Positions 1 to 11,865 are shown, counted from the stretch's first letter. The stretch: 64,000 nucleotides of DNA from an uncultured Candidatus Peribacteria bacterium (GCA_964449265.1 CAYVAG010000002.1:1369-65368), one strand, 5' to 3'. Program-made: numbers and translations. Notes: generated by a model not told the origin, from the sequence alone.

Positions 1-873
1 TTCATCGTCGCGGTGAAAGGATTCCATGGAAAGACGATGGGATCGCTTTCCCTGATCGGAAAAAAAGACTATCGGGAACCAGTCGGACAGCTCTATAGCG
101 GACCAGTCTACCATGTCCCGTATGGAGATGCAGAAGCAGTCGAGAGACAACTCGAAATCTGTGAAACCGTCGGAGTCGGTATCGCAGCGGTCATGATGGA
201 ACCGATCCAGGGTGAAGCAGGTGCGGTCGTGCCACCCGATGACTTCTGGCCACGTATCCGAGCGGCGACGACGAAACATGGTGTCCTTCTCATCGCAGAT
301 GAAGTTCAGACCGGTATCGGGCGTACTGGAAAGATGTGGTGAGTCGATCACTGGGGAGTCGTACCTGATATCATGACGATGGGAAAAGCTCTCGGTGGTG
401 GTGTCATGCCGATATCTGCATTTGTTTCGACAGAAAAAATCTGGCAATGCATGATGCACCCGAATCCATTCATCCATACCACTACGACAGGAGGATGAGC
501 ACTCGCCTGTTCTGCTGCGATCGCAGGTCTCCATATCGCTCTCCGAGATGACTTCCCGAAGATGGCAGAGGAGAAGTGAGCCTATCTCATGAAAAAACTC
601 CAGAAGCTCGTGAAAGAATATCCAGAGATCTATGAGTCTGTCAGTGGAAAGTGACTCCTTATCGCTCAGCACTTCCGCTCTGCTGAGATCGGATACCAGG
701 TCACCGCGGAGCTTTTCAAACATGGCGTCCTCATCGCTGGTACCCTGAATAGTGCCATCACTTCACGTATCGAGCCACCTATTGTCATCAGTTATGATGA
801 GATAGATCGAGGACTCAAAGCCCTCGAAAAGTCTCTGAAGATCGTCGCAAAAAATCTCAAAAAATCAAAATAA
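1..873 (+). CDS. Class-III PLP-dependent aminotransferase (ornithine/putrescine/acetylornithine type), 5-prime end outside window
   Basis: Frame 1 is open from base 1. Motifs: GFHGKTMGSLS, ADEVQTGIGRTGKMW-[TGA]-VDHWGV, TTTGG-[TGA]-ALAC. Four in-frame TGA read as Gly. TAA stop at 871-873. Confidence 0.85.
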
Positions 874-971
874 GTGAATAGCAATACTTTTATATGAGAA
901 TAAGTCTCATTATTATTTGTTTTTTCCTAAAATAAGATACACTTTATCTATACATTCTTAACTCATAATCT

Positions 972-2216
<1,245 letters not shown>

Positions 2217-2230
2217 TGTTAACTGCATAT

Positions 2231-2260
2231 AAAAACCTCACCTAATGTGGTGAGGTTTTT
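2231..2260. terminator. Bidirectional rho-independent terminator
   Basis: Hairpin cctcacc / ggtgagg (2236-2242 and 2249-2255) flanked by an A-run and a T-run, between convergent gdh and the secreted-protein gene. Confidence 0.6.
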
Positions 2261-2273
2261 ATAATTGTTTTTT

Positions 2274-3176
2274 CTACTGATAGACGAGAACTGATCCGAT
2301 ATTTTGTATTTCCTGGATCGTAGAACTGCTTCCTGCTGTCACTGTTACCTGGATCCCTCCAGATATATTCGACTGACTTACTGATACGCCTCCGAGGTGT
2401 GAGAAGAGATAGGTAAATGAGAATCTCTGAAGATAGCTCATCGTGTTGTAGTCATTACTTGTGAAATTCATCTGTACTCCGCTTGATACATATGTAAGGG
2501 AACGTGCTATCTGACTCGTGTTTCCGAATACGACACTTCCTCGGCGAGATGAATTATCATATACGGGAGGAGTATATGAGTATTGATTATATGGCTGATT
2601 ATACTGGTACTGATTATTGTAGTTATACGAAGGATTATTTTGGTATTGTGGGTATCAATACTGTGGTTGGTTATAGTATGGAGAGTAGCTATATCCCTGG
2701 ATTCCACTGATGATACTTGCCCATGGAGTGTTTTGGATACTCGATATTGTATAGCTGTCATAACTGGTTGCTGTCATCTGTACTCCGAGTGTCGTGTTCA
2801 CGACGCTGAAGTTCACGCTATTCCCGAATCGAGTGAAGTACGAAGCCCATGCAGTACTTCTGATACATGTCTGGAGTGCGCTATCGTATGATGATACTGA
2901 TATATTGAGTCCATTTGGGAGAGTTCCTATAGATACGCTCGCGTTCGAAAAATTCGGACACGATACGACAGGAGTATAATAGTTGTTATAACCTCTATTA
3001 TACTGCGGTGCTGGAGCGACATACCCGTAGTTATTATAATATGAAGAGTGTGTGCGTGAGCGATATCTGCTCACTCCGTAGGCTGACACACTTTCTGTGA
3101 TGACACTGAGTGATATGAGAACGATGAGGATTTTCGAGAAAAATGATTTCATAAAAAATGAAGTTATGTAATTCAT
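2274..3176 (-). CDS. Secreted protein with Gln/Asn/Tyr-rich low-complexity linker and two similar Ser/Thr-rich modules
   Basis: ORFs 2655-3176 and 2274-2471 are in the same frame. I translated the 183-nt gap and it contains only one TGA (2655-2657). N-terminal signal-like MKSFFSKILIVLISLSVITESVSA. Linker YSPYYNQPQYGYPQYQNNPSYNYNNQYQYNQPYNQYSYTPP. Confidence 0.6.
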
Positions 3177-3226
3177 CTATATACTTTTTTATAAATAAGT
3201 CAAATATATTTCTAAAAATAGAGCTC

Positions 3227-4159
3227 TTATCGGAATCCTCGGATGAGCGAAATGAGTATGTGTTCACCAGTATCTGTCGTATATTCGATAACAGGTACGA
3301 GGTAGAAGAGTTTTTCTGGATTTACTGCTATTTTCGACATGACTCTATACTCTATTTTCGATGATACGATATTCTTTCCTTCGAGGAGCTTATTTACTTT
3401 TGCCTCGATGACAGACCGTTTCTCTGTCTGAGTATCGCGTACTACGATACCACTTCCCGATCGAGATGCTACCTCATCTGATAACCATGATCCTGGTTTT
3501 GCATAGAGTCGCATCGTTGTGGCGTATTCTGGGAGAGGATATGATACTATCGTAGGGACAGATTTCATCATCATAGGTGAAGCAGTTCCTGCAAGTGCAG
3601 TATCATATGCTGGTGTCGAAACCGTCGGAGTAGGTGCTACTGGAGGGGTGACTGACTCAGTAGAAGTTTCTTTTTGTGCATCTGAGATACCTAGAGAATT
3701 TATATCGTCGACTATTCCCTGTATTTCTGTATCGATACTGCTCTTCTCAGCTCGGAATTCTTGTATTTTTTCATTCGCGATGGTACTCGTTGCCCCTGCA
3801 GGAGCTTCACCCTTATCCTGATTGACTGATGATTCACGAGAAATCATGGGATTCTCTATTTCCATATTTTCTATAGGAAAGAAGAACTTCCAGAAGCTTA
3901 TACCAAAAAGCATACATGCAAATGCCGTACCAAAAACAGGAAAAAATGTATACCAAGAGAAGGCATATCTTTTTTTAGCCTCCTTTTTTTTGCTTATGAG
4001 AATATCCCTTTTGAGTCTATCACGAAAATTCGCATCGAGAGATACTTTTGGTGTATAGCTCGAAAAAAGTGTGATGACTTTCTCGAATTTCTCATGCTCC
4101 ACCTTCTTCGTGAGAAGTGGCGTGAGCTCTTCGAGGATGTCGTTAGCGTATGAAGACAT
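3227..4159 (-). CDS. Putative anti-sigma factor, single-pass membrane protein
   Basis: Overlaps the sigma-factor stop by 17 nt. One TM segment (WYTFFPVFGTAFACMLFGISFW) after a ~65-aa cytoplasmic N-terminus. TAA stop at 3227-3229. Confidence 0.55.
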   Translation of the reverse strand: MSSYANDILEELTPLLTKKVEHEKFEKVITLFSSYTPKVSLDANFRDRLKRDILISKKKEAKKRYAFSWYTFFPVFGTAFACMLFGISFWKFFFPIENMEIENPMISRESSVNQDKGEAPAGATSTIANEKIQEFRAEKSSIDTEIQGIVDDINSLGISDAQKETSTESVTPPVAPTPTVSTPAYDTALAGTASPMMMKSVPTIVSYPLPEYATTMRLYAKPGSWLSDEVASRSGSGIVVRDTQTEKRSVIEAKVNKLLEGKNIVSSKIEYRVMSKIAVNPEKLFYLVPVIEYTTDTGEHILISLIRGFR

Positions 4160-4712
4160 GAGTAGTGATGAATGCTATGAGCGCGAGGGGTGAGACGTTG
4201 GCGGCGATTTTCTCGAGAGACCGAGAGACAATTTTTTTACTATTCGAGACGGACTCCCCAGTGATCTCTGCTATCTCATCGTAGGAGAGATCATCCCAGA
4301 TACGAAGCGTGACGATCATGCGATCTCGTTCCGGGAGGGTATCCATGTAAGAGAGGACTTCGCTGAGTTTCTCTTTATGGTCGACTATTTCTGCGAAATC
4401 CACAGATTCACTTGGTTCCCACTCGATGTCATCGAGTGAGTCGATCGGTCGTTCATGACGGAGTGAGTCGATCAGTGTCGTATAGGCGATCCTGAGTACC
4501 CAGGAAAAGTACTCCCCTTCTGTCGATCCTGCGAATTTCTCTATACCTTTCACGACCTTCATATACACGTCGGAGATGATATCTTCTGTGAAAGCGACAT
4601 CGAGCGTACGGTGAAAAAGCATACGATAGACTCGATCATATGAGGCATCATAGAGAGTGCCGAGAGCATCTCTATCTCAGGATTTCGCTTTCGCGATCGC
4701 TTCCACGAGCAT
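4143..4712 (-). CDS. ECF-type RNA polymerase sigma-70 factor
   Basis: True start is ATG at 4712: MLVEAIAKAKS-[TGA 4677-4679]-DRDALGTLYDASYDRVYRMLFHRT (region 2). Region 4 includes LPERDRMIVTLRIWDDLSYDEIAEITG. Confidence 0.85.
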
Positions 4713-4771
4713 TTTTATCTGTTTTTCGTAAGTACTACAAACCTAGAGACGAGTATATCGAAAAATGGTGA

Positions 4772-4796
4772 CAAAAAAAGAGGAAAATCCTCTTTT
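4772..4796 (-). terminator. Rho-independent terminator of the small upstream gene
   Basis: Hairpin aagagga/tcctctt (4778-4794) followed on the minus strand by a T-run. It starts 3 nt after the stop at 4797-4799. Confidence 0.55.
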
Positions 4797-5174
4797 TTAT
4801 TCCTTCACTGGAACATATTCAAGTCTTTCTCTGTCTTCGGTAATCTGCCAATCCAGCATTATTTCATCCGCGAGATGGGATACATAAACAATAAATGTTA
4901 CCATTCTTTTCTCGCTATACTCACCATTTTTCATGCTCCAAATTTCTCTGATAAGTCTCTGTTTTTCTACTTTGAGTTCATTTTTATAGTTTCTTAAATC
5001 TTGTCACTCTAAAATTTTTCATGACTCTATAGTTAAGATGGCACATTTATAGAATAGACTATAGAGTAGGTAAAATTTTCTATAGTGATTATATGGATCC
5101 TTTCATCAACCATTATTAACAAGTGGTTCAAAAAAGTTATCTAAAGCTAAGTATGCTTGAGCACCTGTTAACAT
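4797..5174 (-). CDS. Hypothetical protein (AT-rich orphan gene)
   Basis: Code-25 frame of 126 codons: MLTGAQAYLALDNFFEPLVNNGGGKDPYNHYRKFYLLYSLFYKC...DRERLEYVPVKE. Four TGA. Invisible in the standard-code track. Own terminator. Confidence 0.5.
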
Positions 5175-5246
5175 AAGATATTTATATTTTTAAATACTTC
5201 TTTGTCAACTCTTTCTTTTTCTTGAATTTTCTCTATACTCATCATC

Positions 5247-6515
5247 ATGAAAACGATAGCGATCATCTGAGCGGGAGCTGCTGGACTCATGACGGCAGTG
5301 ACGATACTGGAGAATACAGAGCAAAATCCCCCTAACCCCCTTTCTCAAGAGGGAATCCAAAAGTTCCATATCCATCTCTTCGATAAAAATACAACACCCG
5401 GAAAAAAAGTCATCATATCGGGATGAGGAAGATGCAATGTGACCACAGGAATCACGGATAAGAAAATCCTTGCGACCAAATATACTCGTGGATGGGGATT
5501 CATCGAGCGAGCAATGGGGAAGTTTTCTCCGAAAAAGTGTCGAGAATGGTTCGAAACTCACGGAGTACCACTGAAGTGTGAAGAAGATAATCGAGTATTC
5601 CCTATTTCTGATGATGGACACGATGTCGTCGGTGCTTTCGAAGAAGTATTCGCAAAATATCGTGATAGGATAAGTATGCATTATGGAGAGGGAGTATCAC
5701 TCATAAAAAAAGAATGAGAGAAATACTTCATCACCACTCCTAAGTGATCTTATGAAGCGGACATTCTCGTCATCACGACAGGAGGAAATGCCTATAGTCA
5801 TACAGGATCGACTGGTGATGGATATGCCTTTGCTCGAGAACTCGGACATACGGTGACCCAACTTGGCCCTTCGCTTTCTTCATTTCTCACGAGAGAAAAC
5901 TGGCTGCATGCTCTCTCAGGACTCGCATTCGAAAAGGGAAAAATATGAAACCTGACTTGACCACTTCTCCTCACTCACTTCGGTATATCATGACCACTTG
6001 CATTCATGACTTCATCGGCACTTGCGTGGGATGATATCACTCCAGTACATCCGAAAGTCATCCATCTCTCGCCTCTATCAGATGCGGATTCAGTTAAATG
6101 GGAAACCTTCCTGAAAGAACAATTCGTACTTCATCCGAAGAAGCTCATCACCAACATCCTCGCCGAAAAACTCCCACGAAGATTCACAGAAGCTTTCGTT
6201 ATCGAGTATTTTTCGCATATTCGAGAGACTTTCGCGAGCTCCATATCGAAAAAAGATAGAGAAAGAATTGCAGAATTTCTCTGATCTGGTATACCACTTA
6301 CCCTCCTCGAACGTCGACCATGAGATGAGTTCGTGACGGCATGAGGAGTCTCGACCGATGAGCTCGATGCTGAAACTATGGAATCAAAAATCCATAAAAA
6401 TCTCTACTTCGCAGGCGAAGTACTCAATGTCGATGGATATACAGGAGGATTCTCACTCCAGATCTGCTGGGCGAGTGGATATAGTGCTGGCAAGGATATC
6501 GTCAAAGAACTTTAA
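5247..6515 (+). CDS. HI0933/BaiN-family FAD-dependent flavoprotein
   Basis: MKTIAII-[TGA 5268-5270]-AGAAGLM dinucleotide fold; ISGGGRCNVT; TGGNAYSHTGSTGDGYAFA; THFGISGP; YFAGEVLNVDGYTGGFSLQ. Track ORFs 5439-5717 and 6006-6284 share frame 3. TAA at 6513-6515. Confidence 0.88.
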
Positions 6516-6526
6516 TAAAAGATATT

Positions 6527-7003
6527 CTACTGATGAACTATGTCAAATCATCTTTCAGTATAAATTTTTACCAGAGACCGCTCATATTTACCAACATCTC
6601 CATAGCGTATTACTTTTGTGCCTGTTCGTATTTGTGCTTCTTCTGAAAGTGAGGAATGAAGAAGTACAATATTCGTACAATCTTTAATAGCATTTCATAG
6701 AGTGTTTAAATCATGTTTTATCTTCATATTCGGTTTATTTCACTCAAGCGCAAGGACAGCATTATAAGAAAATGGGGATCAATCAAAAAATAACCATGAA
6801 TGATTATCAGCTACTCAGCGGTAAATTTCATTCGTAAATCTGCGAATACTTTCTTCTAAGATATTAACTCTTTCTCTTGAAGTTGCAGACGCAAAACTCT
6901 CGATATCTGCAAATTTTGGAAATGTACGAAAATTTTTCTGAACAAAGCGAGTTCTACGAGTAGCGCCGACTCAAGGAGGTCAGTCAATTATAGCTATGCG
7001 CAT
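6527..7003 (-). CDS. Small P-loop-NTPase-like protein with degenerate Walker A (AT-rich orphan gene)
   Basis: Code-25 frame of 159 codons with 7 TGA: MRIAIIDGPPGVGATRRTRF...ERGFDIVHQ. Walker-A-like GPPGVGAT lacks the Lys. Antisense to track ORF 6358-6687. Confidence 0.5.
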
Positions 7004-7060
7004 ATAAATATATTATTTCTAATATATTTATATTATAATTTTAATATAAAAGTCAATATT

Positions 7061-8230
7061 TTATTCGAATAACCCCTTCTTCCCTGCTATTTCTTCTTTC
7101 AGTATTCGAGCTTTTTCCTTCCCAGTGTGGATGATCTCTGGATCTATTTCGAGTTTTTTTGCACTAATCTTCTCTGGATACTCGAAGAGCGAGAGGAGGT
7201 ATTTGATCGCATTGATACGAGACGCTTCTTTGTCGTCGCTATTTACGATCGTCCATGGTGCCCAGTCGGTGTGAGTCCGAGTGAAGTTCTCGTACTCGGC
7301 GATCGTATAGCGATCCCAGAGTTTCTGAGAGAATTGGTCGATCGGTGAGAGTTTGAATTGTTTGAGAGGATTGGTCCGTCTTTCTTCGAAGCGGGCCGCT
7401 TGCTCAGATTTCGATACGGAGAAGTAGAACTTCACGATCCGTATACCTGCAGATTTCACGAGCATCTTCTCGAGCTCTGGCACATCTTTCATAAATTTCT
7501 CATAGTCGGTCTTTCCCACAAATCCCATGACGGGCTCGACTCCTGCGCGGTTGTACCATGAGCGATCGAAAAATACCATCTCACCCGCATTTGGTAAGTG
7601 AGCGATATACCGTTCGAAATACCATTGCCCTTTCTCAATGTCAGTCGGCTTCATGAGGGCAACCACCTTCGCAGACCGAGGATTCAAGCTTTCCATAAAA
7701 CGCTTGATATTCCCTCATTTCCCTGCTGCATCTCGACCCTCGAAGATGATGAGAACTTTCTCTCCACTCTCGATGATATACTTCTGCAGTTTCACGAGTT
7801 CGAGCTGGAGCGTGAGCATCTCTGCTTCGTAGTCGATATCAGATTTGCGTACAGCGACGAGCTGGTGAGTTTTTCTCTTATCTTCTGGGAGTTCTTTCAG
7901 AGAAGCATTTTTCTTTCGAAATTTCTTCACGACATCGACGAGGACGAGATTTTTCGTGGTTTCCTTATCGAATGCAGCAAGAAGCCCATCGATGTCGTCG
8001 ATGATATCGACGAGTCTACGATATTCTTCTTTACTCTTCTTTCGTACTGCATCACCCTGAGTCTCACGGACGGTCTGGAGCTGATTGCGGAGGACTTTCA
8101 AATTGTCTATATCACCGTCTTTTTTGAGTTTTTTGTAGGCGTCGCGAGCCTGATCGAAAAATGCATCGAGCGTCTTGTCGCTTAGGATGAGAAGATTATT
8201 GAAAATATCGGCAAGGAGATTGGAAGGCAT
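7061..8230 (-). CDS. ppk2: Polyphosphate kinase 2 with ~130-aa N-terminal coiled-coil extension
   Basis: ORFs 7061-7696 and 7715-8230 are in frame and joined by TGA 7715-7717, giving FEGRDAAGK-G-GNIKRF. Also DRSWYNRAGVE. Confidence 0.9.
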
Positions 8231-8292
8231 GAGTGTGAATTAGGAGTATGCTCCCTAGTGTATAGCTCTTTCCTGCTTTTACCAAAGCAGAA

Positions 8293-8329
8293 TAAAAAAA
8301 ACACTCGAAATTTTCATATTTTCGAGTGT
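8293..8329 (-). terminator. Rho-independent terminator
   Basis: 10-bp stem acactcgaaa/tttcgagtgt (8301-8310 and 8320-8329) followed on the minus strand by a T-run, directly after the stop at 8337-8339. Confidence 0.6.
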
Positions 8330-8336
8330 AATAGAT

Positions 8337-9791
8337 TTAGCTAAACTCTTCACTGTAGACTTTCGTGAATCATCTCTTCGTGAGTTTTTCCCTGGCTTCA
8401 CTGACCATACGAGGGTTTCCACAGAGATACCACTCAGTATCGGGGCTTGCTTCGATATTGTCTATATCGATCCTTCCCTCCTTATATCATTCTACTTTCT
8501 GACGAGTGATATGGATATGAAGATCGAGATTTGAGATGGAGTGGAGCTTATCAGTATAGAAAAGCTCTGACTCTGTCGATACGCTGAAATAGAGTGACTT
8601 CTTCGCGTCTTCAGAGAGACTAGATATCATATTGTATACTGGAGCAAGTCATGTTCCTGTGGCGAGGAATATTTTCGGTTTCGATGTATCCTGGAGGATA
8701 AAATGTCAGAGTACTCCTCGAGTGAGAATACTTTCTCAGACAGATATTGCGCGAAGTGCTCGTGATCCTCTTCCGTGCTCGGTAAGTTTTATGAGAAATG
8801 TGTACTGATTTTTTTGTTGCCGTGCGATCGAATATGATCTCTGGAACTCTCCATCTTCATCGTGCCAGATGAGACTCATAAACTGTCCTGGTTTTGACTC
8901 TTCTTCCTTCGCTGTTTCGAGTATGAGTTCTACGGTAGTCTCATTCAAAAAAGTTTTTTCTACTACCTGTATGGGTTCTCGTTTTTCTTTTTTCCCTGGT
9001 TCATAGGGAGCGAAGTCTGCCTTCGTCATACCACATTCAGGACATCTCCATGAATCAGGGATATCATGAAATTCTGTACCAGGTTTTATGCCACCATCAG
9101 GATCGCCGAGGATAGGATCATATATCATACCACAGGGAAGACATATCCATTTTTGTCATTTCTGGTAATTTTTTTCTCATTTTTTTCTCAGTGTTATGCC
9201 GTTCCATTCTAGTATTTTCCCTACAAAATACAGCACAAGTATGACTACCGGTCAGTACTCAAATCAAAGAAATGCCTTTATAAGTACCACATGTACTACA
9301 ACAAGTATAACTATAATATAAGCAAGACGGTGGAGGAGTTTCCAGTATTTTCCCATTTTTTTCATCATCCAAGTACTCGAAGTGAAAAGAAGAGGAAGCG
9401 TGAGAATATAGGCAAAAAACCCAAAAGCATAGGCCGAAGGATATCATCCAGAAATCCAAAAATTCGATGTGAAAATATAAGTCGGATCTGGTGATATAAA
9501 GCTAGTAGCGTGTACTACTGCCAGAGTTCCCATAAGGATTCCAAGCTCTTTGCGTAACGGTAGTAAAGCTTTGGCAATACCCAGATCGAGTACTCGAGCA
9601 AAAATCGGAATCCAGAGGAGTATCCAGAGTATGAGAATCGCTTTTTCCCCGCTCTCTTTCACACCATTTTGCATAGCAAGAAAAGAAAATGAGAGAAGCG
9701 TCAGAAGAAGAAGAGCGTAGCCAATATATTTTCGGTATTTTTTGATCAGGTTCTCGAGAGGAAGGAGGAGGGTATTTAGTTGTTCTATCAT
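8337..9791 (-). CDS. Fusion protein: ferric-reductase-like six-TM domain + rubredoxin + FNR-type FAD/NAD(P)-binding oxidoreductase
   Basis: I translated 9443-9129 codon by codon and found no TAA/TAG, only TGA. TM domain His motifs: LAVVHATSF and HRLAYIIVILVVVH. Rubredoxin: KWICLPCG...WRCPECG. FNR module: RSYSIA, FLATGTGLAPV, CGNPRM. TAA at 8337-8339. Confidence 0.8.
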
Positions 9792-9854
9792 GCTATGGAC
9801 TTATAGAGTATTTTTTGAGTATATCATACTTTCGTAAGAGGAAGGTAAGAGTTC

Positions 9855-10886
9855 TTACTTTAGGTACTGTGCTTTATTTGCATTATGCTCGGCAAGTGTC
9901 TTTCCGTAATGAATAGCTCCATCATTATCATGAAGGTAGTAGTAGTATGGAGAAGATTTTTTGTTCATCACCGCTTCCCAGGTGTCCTGAGATATACTCG
10001 AGATAGGAGTTGGTGGATATCCTTGTTTGTTGCGAGTATTGTAGGGATCTTTTTTATAGATAACTTCACCGATAAATGCAGGCGTACACTGCTTCTGAGT
10101 CTTGGCATATCCATAACACACGGTTGCATCCGCTCACATCGGTATTCACTCTTTTACACGCTTCGCGAGGATATCGGCGACGATCGGTTTCTCGCTCGAG
10201 TTGCGCTCTTCACGTTCCACTATTGACGCGAGTATGAGACTCTCGTATGCGGTATCACCAAGAGATTTGTAAGATTCTCCGATTTTTTTATCGAATTCTC
10301 CGAGGAGTCGATCGAGGATCATATAGGCGTCGGCAGTCGGGAGGATGCGATACGTATCTGGGTAGAGAAATCCTTCGAGTGTGAGCCTTCATTTCAGAAA
10401 TGAGTATTTGTCCTGAAGAGTTCCGAAGTGGTCACGGGCTGCGAGGAGAAGCGCACCAGGTTCGATGATTTTCTTATTCGCGAGAGCATCGTCGATGTCA
10501 TAAATATTCCATCCTGGGAGTACTGTGATAGTGAGATCAGTAACCACTGGTTTTGTGAGGACGCTTGCGAATACTTCAGAAAGTGTAGTAGCTTTACCAA
10601 CATCATAGGTTCCAGCCTGGATCTTCGGAGTCGTCTTCGAAATATACTTGAGCCAGAATTTATATCGCCAATCTGCTATATCGAGATTTAGTATTTTCGG
10701 CATTTCTGAGAGAGTCACTCACTTACTGATCGTGTATTTTCCTGCTTTTACAGGAGTATCTCCGATACCACGAACGCTCATATAGGAGAGGAAAACTCCG
10801 ATAATAAGAACGAAAATAAGAATAGGAAGAAAATTATTTTTCTTCTTTGCAGGTCTTCATCGCATGTATCGGGTATCGAAATTCAT
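9855..10886 (-). CDS. mltG: Endolytic peptidoglycan transglycosylase MltG (YceG family)
   Basis: N-terminal TM segment. Motifs: LEGFLYPDTY, ASIVEREE, NTRNKQGYPPTPISSIS, AEHNANKAQY. Three fragments are joined by TGA in one frame. TAA at 9855-9857. Confidence 0.88.
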
Positions 10887-10910
10887 AAATATGAGTTGAC
10901 TGATGATATA

Positions 10911-11306
10911 TTATCGTGATCCTGAAGAGAAACGAAGGGTATTTTGGATATCTTCTTTTGCCTTATTGACTCCATCGAGTGCTTTTTGTGTGGAATCTAG
11001 AGCCTGAGACACTTGTTCAGTTTTGGTATCTATCGTTGTTTTTATTTCTTTGGCAGTATTTTGGACTTCTTGTATGGTTTTTTGGGATTCGTCGATATAG
11101 GGTTTTGCTATATCTTGAGCACTTTCTATGAGTGACTTTGGCGTAAGTCATCCCGATGAGAAGTTCTCGAATGATTTCTTATATTCACGGACTTTCGTGT
11201 TCCACTCTTTATTTCCGTAAGTATCCGCGAGTTCGGGAGTAGCAAAAATCCCTATACCGTAGAGAGTGACAGCAAGCAGAAGAAGTGCAAAAAGTTTGGC
11301 GAACAT
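10911..11306 (-). CDS. Small exported/membrane-anchored helical protein
   Basis: MFAKLFALLLLAVTLYGIGIFA signal/anchor followed by a Lys/Gln/Thr-rich helical region. One TGA. 132 codons. 7 nt downstream of the zinc-ribbon gene. Confidence 0.5.
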
Positions 11307-11313
11307 AAAAAAA

Positions 11314-11649
11314 TTATTTAAGAAGATCTTCGATCGAGCGACTTTCCGAAAGGGATTTTTGGACAGATTCTATATCAGCATCTTTGATCGCGTTTTCACT
11401 TTTTTTGATAGCTTGGTGGATCACCTGTTGTCACTCGTCTGACTGGAGGAATTCATGATTCATATTCGCTATCTCAGCGTGTATCTGCGTTCCAGAAGCA
11501 CAGTGAGGACAAGTGATAGTCAGGTCGATAGCACTTTCGTTGGCATGAGTGACATTGATAGAGGATTCGTTCACTTTCCCTTGGCAACTCTGGCAAGTAT
11601 ACTGAGCGATACTTGTTTCTATTATAGTTTTGAGGACGACGTAGAGCAT
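11314..11649 (-). CDS. Small zinc-ribbon protein
   Basis: CQSC...CPHC pair. Track ORF 11431-11649 continues through TGA 11431-11433 to TAA 11314-11316. Confidence 0.55.
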
Positions 11650-11701
11650 TTTTTAGGTGTTAGATTCTAAGTATTAAGTTTTTAAATTCAGGATTTTTGG
11701 A

Positions 11702-11845
11702 TTTGTCATTTCGTAGCGTAGCGGAGAAATCGCTTTTTCATTTGCTTAAGAGATTTTGATTATCTTTTTTTCAAACGTGATTTTGAAAGGGATGCACCCC
11801 AAGAGTACTTCCATGCTTCGCAAGGGGCGCCTACGGCATGACAAA
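11702..11845. repeat. 144-bp segment bounded by 15-nt inverted repeats (MITE-like element or structured RNA)
   Basis: tttgtcatttcgtag (11702-11716) against the reverse complement of ctacggcatgacaaa (11831-11845), 13 of 15 matching. Lies in the 216-bp gap between the gltX stop and the zinc-ribbon gene start. Confidence 0.3.
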
Positions 11846-11865
11846 ATAGAAATTTAGACTTCGTT

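Noticed and set aside
6358-6687. 109-aa plus-strand ORF after the flavoprotein gene
   Set aside because: The flavoprotein ends at TAA 6513-6515 in a different frame. The ORF is antisense to a longer code-25 frame with a P-loop-like N-terminus (6527-7003).
8736-9128. Stand-alone rubredoxin-FNR gene starting at Met 9128
   Set aside because: The first CxxC of the rubredoxin knuckle (KWICLPCG) lies upstream of that Met, and the frame is open (TGA only) back to 9791. It is called as a fusion instead.
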